Shown: positions 10,447 to 20,665 of the stretch, in pieces | Layout of the letters: every line of letters starts with the position of its first letter | Numbering within the stretch: position 1 is the first letter of the stretch | Source: Candidatus Spongiihabitans sp. | Lineage (GTDB): Bacteria > Pseudomonadota > Gammaproteobacteria > Arenicellales > Poriferihabitantaceae | Length of the DNA stretch: 64,000 nt | Assembly (NCBI GenBank): GCA_965206355.1 | Contig: OZ242212.1 | Location: 1,009,540 to 1,073,539 of the forward strand | Direction: 5' to 3' | Notes under the pieces: generated by a model | The model's input: the letters and a program-made list of their open reading frames with translations, nothing else | Told to the model about the DNA's origin: nothing | Database searches by the model: none | Translations under genes and position numbers: made by a program

Positions 10447-10753
10447 TATATCCTTAAATCAAGGGGGACTTCTTTTTTATTCCCTCCTAAAGCAACCCCT
10501 CTCATATCATTCTTGCTCTTTGTCAGGAGGACTGCTTTTTTTATCCCTTTTTTCAGAAAGGACTTGTTTCAATTTTTCATTAATTCTATACAATAGCGAG
10601 CACAAACAGCAATGATAAAACAGCGTCAAGTGAGGTTTTTGCATAGTCTCTAATGGTGCGCTCTGGCCATTATGTCAATGTCTAAATGAGGCATGTTACA
10701 AGGTATAATTAGTCCTTCAATATATCCGTCAAATAAAGACCTAAATAAAGATT

Positions 10754-11428
10754 ATGTCAAATGTAATGCCGAAAACGCTGATAACGACCACAACGCAGCA
10801 AGTTATTGACTATTTGAAGCAGCACCCGTCCTTCTTTAGAGAAAACGAGGCGTTATTGTGCGATTTGGATTGGGGGGGACTGGGCGATGAACACGCGATA
10901 CCCTTTTACGAAAGACAGATTAAGGCTTTGAAGGAGCGGGAAAATCAACGGAAAACCACGATTGATGCGATTGTTGATAGCGCAAAAAATAATCAGCGAT
11001 TGGAGTCTGATTTGCTGAATATGGCCGTGCATCTTTTGGGCCACCGAGAACATAAAAAAGAAGCGACCGCAACAGTCAGCGCATTGGTAAAGCGACAGTT
11101 TGATATGGACGATGTGGTTGTCCTGTTGGATAACGATGCCCACCGTCATAGCCGATACGATGATGTGCGGCAGCGGGTCGCCCATCACAGCAGTATCTGT
11201 GATGATCGGGTTTCGAGCCATTTGCTTGCAGCCTTGTTTAGCGGTGATGATAAGGCGATTAAGTCCATTCAGTCCTGTGCTTTTGTGCCTTTGATTTTTG
11301 CAGATGAAATCAACGGCGTGATGGTGTTAGGCTCAAGCTCAAAGACACGATTCCAACTGGGGGTTGGGGTTGTTTTTCTTGATCGGTTAGGTCTTTTGCT
11401 AGGTGGATATTTTCAGGACAACAAATAA
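10754..11428 (+). CDS. DUF484 (YigA-like) protein
   Basis: YLKQHPSFF...ERQ motif. Lies directly upstream of xerC. Confidence 0.85.
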   Translation: MSNVMPKTLITTTTQQVIDYLKQHPSFFRENEALLCDLDWGGLGDEHAIPFYERQIKALKERENQRKTTIDAIVDSAKNNQRLESDLLNMAVHLLGHREHKKEATATVSALVKRQFDMDDVVVLLDNDAHRHSRYDDVRQRVAHHSSICDDRVSSHLLAALFSGDDKAIKSIQSCAFVPLIFADEINGVMVLGSSSKTRFQLGVGVVFLDRLGLLLGGYFQDNK

Positions 11429-11469
11429 CCCAATACAATAACCCAGCAAATAGCCCAATAAATAATTCT

Positions 11470-12426
11470 ATGCCTTCCCTGCAAGATCCAATTCGGCAAT
11501 TCCTCAATGCCTTAGAACAGGAAAGAAGGCTATCGACAAACACAATCCATGCCTACCAGCGTGATTTGCAGCAATTACTTGAATTTGCCAATGACAAGCA
11601 CGTTTCGGACTGGTCGTTATTATCAATTCGGCAAGCCCGATCTTTTCCAGCAACACTGCATCAGCGCGGATTGTCGGGACACAGCATACAGCGTATGCTG
11701 TGCGCATGTCGCGCGTTCTATCGGTTTTTATTAAAGCGCGGTGGCGTGGTTATGAATCCATTTGCAGGAATAACGGCACCAAAATCGCCGAAAAAGTTGC
11801 CACAAACTTTAAGCGTTGATGAACTCAGTGGCTTGCTTGCACAACACGATAACCGCATTTTGTCCTTGCGTGATCATGCCATGCTTGAGCTGTTTTATTC
11901 GTCAGGGTTGCGCTTGTCGGAACTGGCTTCTCTTGATGTCAATGCCATCGATTTTCAACAAAGCCAGATTATGGTTGTCGGCAAGGGTAATAAGCAAAGA
12001 CTGCTTCCGTTAGGTCGCAAAGCTGTTGCCGCACTAACGGCATGGTTAGCAAGGCGACACGAGCTGGTTATGTCGCCACATGGACAAGCGACAACAAGGT
12101 TATCGGAGACAGCCCGCTCGGAAGCCGCCTTGTTTGTCAATCAAAAGGGCACAAGGTTGAGTGTTCGAGGCATTCAATATCGACTCAACCAATGGGCCAA
12201 AGAAAAAGGGCTGGGGCGCAGATTGCATCCTCATATATTGCGCCATTCATTCGCCAGCCATGTTCTCGAATCCAGTGGAGACCTGCGCGCCGTGCAGGAA
12301 ATGTTGGGACACTCCGATATCGCAACCACACAGATATACACCCATCTGGATTTTCAACATCTTGCCAAAATCTATGATCAAGCACATCCGCGGGCGCGAA
12401 AGCGCTCAAAACAGACTCCAAAATAA
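11470..12426 (+). CDS. xerC: Tyrosine recombinase XerC
   Basis: SGLRLSEL, GKGNKQR, HPHILRHSFA, LGH, TTQIYTHLDFQHLA and HPRA. DUF484 context. Confidence 0.95.
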   Translation: MPSLQDPIRQFLNALEQERRLSTNTIHAYQRDLQQLLEFANDKHVSDWSLLSIRQARSFPATLHQRGLSGHSIQRMLCACRAFYRFLLKRGGVVMNPFAGITAPKSPKKLPQTLSVDELSGLLAQHDNRILSLRDHAMLELFYSSGLRLSELASLDVNAIDFQQSQIMVVGKGNKQRLLPLGRKAVAALTAWLARRHELVMSPHGQATTRLSETARSEAALFVNQKGTRLSVRGIQYRLNQWAKEKGLGRRLHPHILRHSFASHVLESSGDLRAVQEMLGHSDIATTQIYTHLDFQHLAKIYDQAHPRARKRSKQTPK

Positions 12427-12500
12427 GCCAGCCAGCGAACGCTGTGTTAAAATGATTGACATCGGCAATCAATATCATTCAATAACTCACGAGGGTATCT

Positions 12501-12968
12501 ATGGCAATCGAAGAAGGCAAGTACGCACCAGCGTTTACACTTAAAAATCAAAACGGCGATAGTGTGGCGTTAAGTGATTTCAAGGGCAACAATGTAATCG
12601 TTTATTTTTATCCGAAAGATGATACGCCAGGCTGTACCAAACAGGCTTGTGGGTTCCGTGATCTGTGGGCAGACATTAAAGCAAGCGGCGTAATCGTATT
12701 GGGCGTTTCTCCTGACGATGCACAATCTCATACGCAATTTATTGACAAATATGCGCTACCATTTACCCTGTTGTCCGATCCCGATAAAACGATGATGACT
12801 GAATATGCGGCCTATGGGGAGAAAATGATGTATGGCAAAAAAATGATCGGTATCATTCGTTCAACAGTATGGATTGGTAGCGATGGCAAGGTGAAAAAGC
12901 ATTGGCGCAAGGTCCCGAATGCTGCTGCCCATCCCGCCAAAGTATTGCAGGCTTTGCAGGGTAATTAG
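12501..12968 (+). CDS. bcp: Thioredoxin-dependent peroxiredoxin BCP
   Basis: YFYPKDDTPGCTKQAC. Confidence 0.93.
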   Translation: MAIEEGKYAPAFTLKNQNGDSVALSDFKGNNVIVYFYPKDDTPGCTKQACGFRDLWADIKASGVIVLGVSPDDAQSHTQFIDKYALPFTLLSDPDKTMMTEYAAYGEKMMYGKKMIGIIRSTVWIGSDGKVKKHWRKVPNAAAHPAKVLQALQGN

Positions 12969-13075
12969 CAGCTGTCAATAACATGCGTTTTCTGGCGCGT
13001 TATGACATAGAGTGGACAGGTTGGCAGGATAGATAGGATGATGCAAGAAGCCCAGCATAAATTTCAGTATCAGTC

Positions 13076-16000
13076 TCACCGCTGTCTGAATCGGGTTGCA
13101 TCTGTCGTTTCCACATAACCTTGAGATGGAATGTTGCCGCTGTGTCCATCAATATGTGTGCCCGCGGATTGCACCAACAACTCGGCGGCATGATTGACGA
13201 TGTTGTTTTTGTAGTATTGTCGTAATTCTTGTAGGGTTAATCGACTGACGCTATCGGCAAACTGCTGTTGGCTGTCAAATTGATAGTGCTGATGATCAAT
13301 TTCACGCCAATAGCGTTGTGTTCTTTCGCTTAAATTCTTGTCTTTATTTCGTATTCGGGTTACCAAGCCGGATTGTAATGCGTTGAATTGTTGTTCGCTC
13401 ATTGCCTCCAGCGTATTGCTGAATTCACTGATGAACATATCGTACAACGTATTGATTTCCACAGGCGAATAGCTTGGACTCTGGGCGGTCAGCAGTAGTC
13501 CTGGGGTCTGATCTATGGTGAGCATGTTGGCATAAACGATGTAGCCGACACGATTAACTGTGCGAAGCTGGTTATAAAAGTCAGGTTCGAGCAAGTGGGT
13601 AAGCAATGCCATTTTCGCCCGTTCAATTCGGCTATTGTCGTTCCCTTGAAAATAGGCAACCAATGCCGAGTCGGTATGCGCCACTTCGAGACTACGCAGG
13701 TATCGTTTTGTCCGATCGAGCTTGCGTATTGTCGGCTTCTCGACATGGTCAATAAACTGACTTTTTTTCAGTAATCGCTCAAGCATTTGGCTACGCGCTA
13801 CAGTGTTTTCCAGACTGACATCACCATGCGATAATACCGTAACATTAACGATCTGAAAGAATTTGGGCACGAATTTTGCCAGATCATCAATCGTTAGCGA
13901 ATCAATGACCGCTATTTTTTCTTGCTCAGTCCAATAGGGTTGCAGTAACAGTCGATATATTTCGTGTACCACCTGATCGGCAGGGGAACTTTTTTCCACA
14001 TTATGCAGATTGAGAAGCATTCGCTCTTTTATGATGTTGAAGCGAGTCGCGTCATATTCGGGATCGGCTAATGCATCAATAATTAGTTTTAGCAGTTGTG
14101 ATTGTCGATCCTCAAAGCCACTGATACGCACCGAAATACCACGCGCATGGCGGTATAAGGTATAGTTCAGGTCTGCCAGATAGGCGGGATAAATCGTTTC
14201 GCTTAACTGGCTGTTGAGCAGTTGAACGTACAGTTCGGTCAGTAGCGAATTTTCCACATTGTTATTGGCGAGCGGAGATTGGATATTGAAATAAAAATTA
14301 GCTCTGGGGGTGTTAAATTCATTATCGGGTTGATACCAGATGGTCGCTTCTGGTGCAGTGAAAACCGATGCAGTGGAAGCTGAATTTGCTGAAGTCGTCT
14401 TTGCAAAAGCGGGTACTGAAATTGGCGTTGCTGGAAGTTGTTGCGGTATGTCTTGCTCGGCGGCAATCGCCAGCACCTCCAGTCGCTCAGGGATAAACGG
14501 ATTGGCTACGGGTAATTTCAGACCAGGGTGAATTGTTGGGGTTTTCCAGCGTTGCAAAGTCTCAGCTTTAATCGCTGTCAGCGAATACGGTACATCGTAA
14601 TAGCTGGAAATCTTGTCGGTTTGTAGAGACTGCGAGGTAATGTGTACATTAACCTTGTCGGCATTCAAATAATCTAAAAGTGTTTTGATGCGTTCGGGCG
14701 CAAACTCAGTTACCCGATACGCCCCCTGTAAGACATCTTGTGGCGGATAACGCTGCAGTCTGGATGCCAGCGACCGGGCTAATTGAGCGGGATGATGTTC
14801 CGACTCAAATCGAAAAGCCATGTTTGACAGCTTGCTTTGTTCCTGAAAACGCCATTCATTAATGCCGTGTTGTTTAATCAGGTTAATCGCCTGAAAAACC
14901 AGCTCACCGATGTCCTCAATATGATTGAGTCCCTGTTTTGTCAGATTTATGCGGATGCTGAACTCTCCCTGCACCTGATCCATATAATCTGCTCCAGCAG
15001 TCAAACCTTCAGCCCAACCGCGCTCCTTCAAAAGTGCATACAAGGAGCCACTGCCTTCGTGACCGAGTAAATTGGCAATATAACCGAGCGGTTTTGACCT
15101 GTATTGGGCATAAACCGAGGGAACGAAAAACACAAAACGTAGCACATTCAGTTCTTTTTCGGGTATTGAATGCAGGCGCGCGGGTATTAACCGGCTGTCC
15201 TGATATGGCTGGGTAAATAACTGTGCTGCCACATTCCGATTCGGGATTTGCGAAAACTGTTCAGACACCATTTGTTGCAGTTGCTCAAGCGGTTCCTTAC
15301 CCAGCACGACCAGCGTCATTATATTCGCCGAATAATACCGATTGTAAAATGCGATTAATGTTTCTCTGGCAGCGGCATCATCACGATCACGTAACGACTC
15401 CAGCGAGCCGACAAAGAATCTGGAAAATGGATGTGCCGTATTCAACCATTGTTTTTGCACTGCCCATAATCTGCGGTGCTCGTCTTTTTTCCGCGCCTGA
15501 TACTCCGAATCCACGATTGAGCGCTCTCGATCAACATAGACCTCATCAAAGGTCGGATCAATAAAGAATCGCGAAAACCGATGCAGTGCGGGTTCGAGAT
15601 GATTGGCAGCAATACTAAAATAGTAATTGGTATGAGCAAACGAGGTAAAAGCATTATTACTGCCACCATTGTTTTTTATGAACGCCTGATATTCTCCGGC
15701 ATTTGGATACTTTTTCGTGCCAAGAAACAGCATGTGTTCAAGAAAATGTGCCAACCCCTGCCAACCTTCGGGATCAGAGCCACTACCAACATAAACATCA
15801 AGAGCCGCTGCTGACTGATCGGTTTCGCTATCAGAGATTAGTAATACCTTGAGGCGATTGTCTAACTCTAAATAACGATATTGTTTCTGATCGAGCGGAC
15901 TTTTAGTCACGATATTTTGTGTGATGTCCTGTGCGACTTGTTGTGCGTTGCTGGCACTGATCATACCTGACACAAGAACCAAACTGAAAACCAGACTGAA

Positions 16001-16078
16001 CATCCGTCTGAAAATCAGCTCGCTAACCGGCATCAGTCTGGTGACAAAAATAAGGATTGAGCGGCGTATTTTCGGCAT
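13076..16078 (-). CDS. M16A insulinase/pitrilysin-family peptidase (start uncertain)
   Basis: GLAHFLEHMLFLG (HxxEH), NAFT, signal-like N-terminus and FYNQLRT. Confidence 0.9.
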   Translation of the reverse strand: MPKIRRSILIFVTRLMPVSELIFRRMFSLVFSLVLVSGMISASNAQQVAQDITQNIVTKSPLDQKQYRYLELDNRLKVLLISDSETDQSAAALDVYVGSGSDPEGWQGLAHFLEHMLFLGTKKYPNAGEYQAFIKNNGGSNNAFTSFAHTNYYFSIAANHLEPALHRFSRFFIDPTFDEVYVDRERSIVDSEYQARKKDEHRRLWAVQKQWLNTAHPFSRFFVGSLESLRDRDDAAARETLIAFYNRYYSANIMTLVVLGKEPLEQLQQMVSEQFSQIPNRNVAAQLFTQPYQDSRLIPARLHSIPEKELNVLRFVFFVPSVYAQYRSKPLGYIANLLGHEGSGSLYALLKERGWAEGLTAGADYMDQVQGEFSIRINLTKQGLNHIEDIGELVFQAINLIKQHGINEWRFQEQSKLSNMAFRFESEHHPAQLARSLASRLQRYPPQDVLQGAYRVTEFAPERIKTLLDYLNADKVNVHITSQSLQTDKISSYYDVPYSLTAIKAETLQRWKTPTIHPGLKLPVANPFIPERLEVLAIAAEQDIPQQLPATPISVPAFAKTTSANSASTASVFTAPEATIWYQPDNEFNTPRANFYFNIQSPLANNNVENSLLTELYVQLLNSQLSETIYPAYLADLNYTLYRHARGISVRISGFEDRQSQLLKLIIDALADPEYDATRFNIIKERMLLNLHNVEKSSPADQVVHEIYRLLLQPYWTEQEKIAVIDSLTIDDLAKFVPKFFQIVNVTVLSHGDVSLENTVARSQMLERLLKKSQFIDHVEKPTIRKLDRTKRYLRSLEVAHTDSALVAYFQGNDNSRIERAKMALLTHLLEPDFYNQLRTVNRVGYIVYANMLTIDQTPGLLLTAQSPSYSPVEINTLYDMFISEFSNTLEAMSEQQFNALQSGLVTRIRNKDKNLSERTQRYWREIDHQHYQFDSQQQFADSVSRLTLQELRQYYKNNIVNHAAELLVQSAGTHIDGHSGNIPSQGYVETTDATRFRQR

Positions 16079-16299
16079 ATTCAAATCCAGTCAAGGATTG
16101 TTTTTCTAAACAGCCAATATAGTCCCCGCCGCGAATTTTTCAAGTGTATTTCTCTCTGGGCAGGAGCGGAAAACCGTCAACTGGTGGACTTCACAGGCAT
16201 TCAGGTCCATTGAAAAACACTTCAGAATCTGTCTGAATTTAGCCTCTGAAATATGGGAATGGCGATAATACTTTAGCCTAACATAAATTAGCTAAAGTT

Positions 16300-16462
16300 C
16301 CTCGGACCCTAAACATTATCATTGGCATGACATTATGCCCAGACACTAGGCCGTCTTGATAACATCGTCAATGATGTTTATTCGCGTCTTTCAGCAGCGT
16401 TCCCTGACGATATTTTTAATCTGATTGTTGACGGAATGAAAAAAGTCGCGAAGAAATTTTGA
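16300..16462 (+). pseudogene. Remnant of a HipA toxin C-terminus
   Basis: KHYHWHDIMPRH* then, in a shifted frame, RLDNIVNDVYSRLSAAFPDDIFNLIVDGMKKVAKKF*, resembling the end of HipA. Confidence 0.6.
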
Positions 16463-16579
16463 GAGAATGATATGTTGTGAATTAAAAATGGAGAATTGAG
16501 AATGGAAAACAGGCAACAGCAAAACTCATCCGTTGTTCGGGTAGAAAGGTGAGCCATAAAGATAAAAGTGTAGCCACGG

Positions 16580-16837
16580 CTAGCTGTGCGGATAGACTGT
16601 TATCAGCGTTTCTTTTTGGCGATGGGATAATTTTTTAATTTCGGCTTCCCGTTTGCTGGCACTGCTACGGTTATGTCCATCTTCCCGATACACCACTTTG
16701 ACGGGTGTTCTGCCGTTAAAATACTTGGCACCTTGTTTACCCGAAATATGCGCTGCAAAGCGCCGTTCAACATCGGTGCTGATGCCAGTATAGTATGAAT
16801 TATCATTCGCTTTGATGATATAGACTGACCATTTCAC
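16580..16837 (-). CDS. GIY-YIG nuclease (YhbQ/UPF0213-like)
   Basis: WSVYI...YYTGISTDVERRF..H..G.GAKY and ASKREAEIK. Confidence 0.9.
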   Translation of the reverse strand: MKWSVYIIKANDNSYYTGISTDVERRFAAHISGKQGAKYFNGRTPVKVVYREDGHNRSSASKREAEIKKLSHRQKETLITVYPHS

Positions 16838-16883
16838 TTTTTATTGTTCCTCATTATGATGTGGCGATCACAAAGAACCGAGG

Positions 16884-17672
16884 TTATGGGCAGATTAGAG
16901 TAAAACGCTGCTGGTCAATGACTGCGGCGGCGCGGTTATAGTTGAACTCAATTAGCTGGATATGCTTGCTGGAGTACAGTAAATAAGAGGTCGTGCGTGT
17001 GCCGTAGCTGTCTGCGTAGCCGAGGATGTGGTCGGTGGCGCGAATAAATATGGATGAAAGCTGTTTTTCTATGTGCCGACTGACCCCGGTGTTGGGTAGC
17101 TCATGGTCATTGGCTTGGGTCTCATCGCGCATCACGGCATTGAGTCGGTCTATGTTAATGGTCGAATTTTCAGTAATCAGCGTGCTGAGCTGTTGCACGC
17201 CATGGGACATTTTCGGCCAGTGTTGGTCGGTTTTTCCATTCGACAGACTGTGAAAGCCGTTTTTTAAGTGAAGCAGGGACGAATCTGTGCTACAAAATAC
17301 ACGGACATTTTCGGGTGTGCCGAATACCAGGTTAAACGGGCTGTATTGCTGGCGTGTGTTTTGAAGATAAGCAATAAAATCCTCATCGGTTTTTTCATGG
17401 CTCAAATAGTGTTGCACCAGTTGACCGCGACTTTTTGTATCCTTATTGGCGGGTTTGCCAGTGCGAAAGTTAGTTACCGCACAAAATTGTCCATCCAGAT
17501 TAACGCCGAGCCAGCTCCCTCCTTTCAACGAATCACGTCCTGCCAGAATACGCGGGTTATCCTGCCACTGGTGCATCGGCTGAGACGGGCGGGTAAAACT
17601 CTCATCTCGATTGGCAGCAACAATGAGCGGATAATGCGGATGTTGGTTGATGGCGAGAAAAAGTATACACAT
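16884..17672 (-). CDS. NRDE (TANGO2-like) family protein
   Basis: MC N-terminus, ANRDE, GGSWLG, VTNFR and YGTRT. Confidence 0.92.
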   Translation of the reverse strand: MCILFLAINQHPHYPLIVAANRDESFTRPSQPMHQWQDNPRILAGRDSLKGGSWLGVNLDGQFCAVTNFRTGKPANKDTKSRGQLVQHYLSHEKTDEDFIAYLQNTRQQYSPFNLVFGTPENVRVFCSTDSSLLHLKNGFHSLSNGKTDQHWPKMSHGVQQLSTLITENSTINIDRLNAVMRDETQANDHELPNTGVSRHIEKQLSSIFIRATDHILGYADSYGTRTTSYLLYSSKHIQLIEFNYNRAAAVIDQQRFTLICP

Positions 17673-17750
17673 AAGCAGTAATGGGTCGGGTAAAATAGTG
17701 TACAGTGTCGCTGAACAGGCATGCGATTTAATTTAAGGGTATCCTTAAAG

Positions 17751-18674
17751 ATGACAAACAATCAAATTCAGTGGTATCCGGGGCATATGTATAAAGCCAG
17801 CAAGGAAATAATGGCAATGCTTAGAAAAGTGGATGTCTGTATTGAGTTACTTGATGCGCGGATTCCTTTTAGTAGCGAAAACCCGATGTTAGCATTGTTT
17901 CGCCAGCAGAAACCGTGCCTGAAGGTGCTGTCGAAAAGCGATTTGGCGGATCCGCAACGGACTACCCTGTGGCAGCAGCATTATGAATCTGACCGACAGA
18001 GCAAAGTGCTGGTTGCGGATATGCGAAAATCATCGGCTATTGCCCGAATTCCAGCACTGTGCCGACAACTTTACCATAGAAATGCCGCTTCAAAATCAAC
18101 CCTTACCGTGATGGTGATGGGCATCCCCAATGTCGGCAAGTCAACCCTGATAAACCAGCTTGTTGGCAGGGCCGTCGCCAAAACTGGTGACCAACCGGCA
18201 ATCACAAAAGTCCAGCAGCTTATTGAAATTGAAACGGGGTTTATGCTGCTGGATACGCCGGGTCTAATGTGGCCAAAAGTGGAGAACCGAAATAGTGGTT
18301 ACCGGTTAGCGATAACGGGTGCTATTCGCGATACCGCAATTACTCATGAAGATGTTGCCGTTTTTGCCGCAGATTATTTTATGCAAATGCACCCGCAAAG
18401 GCTGATGGTACGTTATCGTCTGCAGACCTTACCCGAGCAAAGCCAGATACTGCTTGAGCAAGTAGGTAGGAGAAGGGGATGCCTGATTAAAGGGGGCAAG
18501 GTTGATAGCGATTGTGCGGCGAAATTATTTCTGGCAGATGTGCGCGAGGGCAGGTTAGGTAGATTCACGCTGGAAACACCCGAAATGATGCGGCAGGAAC
18601 AAATAGAAGTTGATCAGCTTCGTCAAAAAAGCGCCGAAGTCCGTGGTCGAAAAAGAACAATCCAGACTGGATGA
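17751..18674 (+). CDS. ylqF: Ribosome biogenesis GTPase YlqF/RbgA
   Basis: IQWYPGHM, DARIP, GIPNVGKSTLIN and LLDTPG. Confidence 0.94.
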   Translation: MTNNQIQWYPGHMYKASKEIMAMLRKVDVCIELLDARIPFSSENPMLALFRQQKPCLKVLSKSDLADPQRTTLWQQHYESDRQSKVLVADMRKSSAIARIPALCRQLYHRNAASKSTLTVMVMGIPNVGKSTLINQLVGRAVAKTGDQPAITKVQQLIEIETGFMLLDTPGLMWPKVENRNSGYRLAITGAIRDTAITHEDVAVFAADYFMQMHPQRLMVRYRLQTLPEQSQILLEQVGRRRGCLIKGGKVDSDCAAKLFLADVREGRLGRFTLETPEMMRQEQIEVDQLRQKSAEVRGRKRTIQTG

Positions 18675-18679
18675 TTTAC

Positions 18680-19033
18680 AGGCAAAGCGGGTTAAACTTG
18701 AACAGCAATTGATACACATGAATTCTCGATGACGCTACCGAATCATCTCAATATCGTTTCTACGATGCAAGCGATTCTTATATTTGCGAGGTGCGTTATG
18801 GAAGCGCAACCGCTAATGCCCTCCAGCGAGGGCTTTGGACTCATACAAAAAGCGGTTTAAATTATTTTGATAGCATAACCAATGGATGGGTTGATTATTC
18901 TCACAATCCTATCCTGGTCCAACTATTTTCTCACGCGCTTGTTTCTTCTGATTTCGGCCATAATGAGGCTCTTGCAAAAGTGAAAGATGATATTGTTAGA
19001 CTCAAGCAGGCTTCCCGCTTTAAAGTCACATAA
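18680..19033 (+). pseudogene. 5'-truncated gene remnant coupled to the methyltransferase, possibly a restriction endonuclease
   Basis: Open frame 18722-19033 preceded by in-frame TGA codons. Its TAA stop overlaps the MTase ATG (TAATG). Confidence 0.45.
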
Positions 19034-20316
19034 TGCAAGGGCAAGTTCAAATTTTTCGTGATTGGATTGATGTTCCAAAAACCGAAGGCATCAATTACGC
19101 AGGCTCAAAACTGAAACTGCTTCCACATATTTTTAATCTGTCAAAACAGACCGGAGCAAAAAGCATTTTTGACGGTTTTTCAGGATCCACCAGAGTAAGT
19201 CAATCTTTTGCACAAGCAGGATATCGCGTGGTATCAAATGATATTTCCGAATGGTCAAGAATTTTTGCCACGTGCTATTTGAAAAACTTAAAAAACCCGA
19301 AAATATACCAACCTCTTATTGATCATTTAAATTCGCTTCCTCCGGAAGACGGATGGTTTACTGAGAATTACGGTGGTGATGTTCGCTCTGGAACTTGCCA
19401 CAATGCTATTCAGAAGGATGGAACCAAAAAGCCTTGGCAGAAAAAAAATACAAGGAAACTTGATGCAATCAGGAGAGAGATCGATGCCTTGATGCTTGAT
19501 GACGTTTCCAAAAGTGTGGCATTGACAAGCCTGATTTTAGGGTTGAATGAGATAGACAGTACTCTTGGTCATTTTGTTTCTTATTTAAAAGGAGACCTTT
19601 GCACGAAAGCCATTTCACCTGTATGCTGCGTTAAAAACGTACTCAATCGGTCATTTATAAGCATAAACTCCCTCATTCCGTGCGTTTTTGCCTTGCCTGA
19701 AAGCGAAATCATCTTCCGTGCAAAGGTCTCAAAAGATTGGTCGCCGCGTTCATTCAAAAATTTACAATTGAAAGTGCCGCGGTTGTGGAAAAATGAAATC
19801 GAAAACACGGTGCTGTGTGGTGATGTTTTTAAGGTACTACCCGAAGCCGACGCCGATCTTGCTTATTTTGATCCTCCGTATGGGTCAAACAATGAAAAAA
19901 TGCCACCTTCAAGGGTTCGGTACGCTTCGTATTATCATTTGTGGACGACCATATGTAAAAATGATCATCCCGTGCTATTTGGCAAGTCCCTCCGCAGAAA
20001 AGACACATCCGATAAAGTGGCGGCTTCAGTGTTCGAGGAATTTCGTAGAAGCAAATCAGGACGATTGGTTGTGGTGGAAGCCATAGAGCGTTTGCTGAAG
20101 GAAACTCCTTGCCGATGGATCTTGCTCTCTTACAGTTCCGGTGGACGAGCAACCGCGGAGGAATTAAACGAGGTGATAACGCGTAACGGAGAAATTGTGG
20201 ATAGCGCAAAAATCGAGTATAAAAAAAATGTGATGGCCGCCATGAAATGGACAAATGAGTGGTTGCGGGAATCCAGCGAGCCGAACAAAGAATTCCTGTT
20301 TCTCATCCGAAAATAA
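19033..20316 (+). CDS. DNA adenine methyltransferase (D12 / FokI-NlaIII-like, alpha class) with an in-frame 48-aa MITE insertion
   Basis: NYAGSK, FDGFSGS (motif I) and YFDPPY (motif IV). Insertion at 19592-19735. Confidence 0.88.
   Translation: MQGQVQIFRDWIDVPKTEGINYAGSKLKLLPHIFNLSKQTGAKSIFDGFSGSTRVSQSFAQAGYRVVSNDISEWSRIFATCYLKNLKNPKIYQPLIDHLNSLPPEDGWFTENYGGDVRSGTCHNAIQKDGTKKPWQKKNTRKLDAIRREIDALMLDDVSKSVALTSLILGLNEIDSTLGHFVSYLKGDLCTKAISPVCCVKNVLNRSFISINSLIPCVFALPESEIIFRAKVSKDWSPRSFKNLQLKVPRLWKNEIENTVLCGDVFKVLPEADADLAYFDPPYGSNNEKMPPSRVRYASYYHLWTTICKNDHPVLFGKSLRRKDTSDKVAASVFEEFRRSKSGRLVVVEAIERLLKETPCRWILLSYSSGGRATAEELNEVITRNGEIVDSAKIEYKKNVMAAMKWTNEWLRESSEPNKEFLFLIRK
19592..19730 (+). mobile_element. 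MITE copy 4 (139 bp), TSD AAAAG, in-frame within the MTase
   Basis: TIRs present. aaaag at 19587-19591 and 19731-19735. Confidence 0.96.
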
Positions 20317-20323
20317 AACGAGA

Positions 20324-20545
20324 CTAGACAAGATGGCGAAGCGCGCCGCGCGTATCGAGTAACAGCGCGCTTCTTTTGGCGATTAAATCGTAGTCGAAAG
20401 CATCGTGATCGGTGCAAATAATTACCAAATCTTGCTGCGCCAGCAGTTTGTCCGAAAGCGTCTTGCTATGTAAGTCGAAATGATAGTCTCGCAGGTTGCG
20501 CAGGCGCGCGACATGCGGATTGATGGGTATGGGATGTAAAAGTTG
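20324..20545 (-). pseudogene. C-terminal fragment of a nucleotide-sugar dehydrogenase (WbpA-like)
   Basis: PHV...DLVIICTDHDAFDYDLI...LLDTRG, the end of the UDP-binding domain. Confidence 0.7.
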
Positions 20546-20665
20546 GGTAGCCGTTGTGGAGGTTGGCAGGAGGGGTGCGTGACCGTGTTGCGCTTTACAC
20601 GAATGAGAGAGGTTGTCTGCATCTGGACACAGCGTGTTTGGTTGCCGATGTGGTTGACTCACATA

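Noticed and set aside
10455-10570. Repeated gggact...tttttat(t)ccct motifs after the iron operon
   Set aside because: Too degenerate to call a REP family or a defined terminator by eye.
11470-12426. Tyrosine recombinase as an integrase of a mobile element
   Set aside because: The XerC signature C-terminus and DUF484 context indicate the housekeeping gene.
19592-19730. Terminal GAGACC/GGTCTC (BsaI sites) as a Golden Gate or cloning artefact
   Set aside because: Copies carry independent substitutions and indels and distinct 5-bp TSDs, which fits natural transposition.
19587-19735. MTase insertion as an intein or self-splicing intron
   Set aside because: Too short (48 aa), with no N-terminal Cys/Ser plus C-terminal His-Asn intein ends and no recognisable group I/II features.
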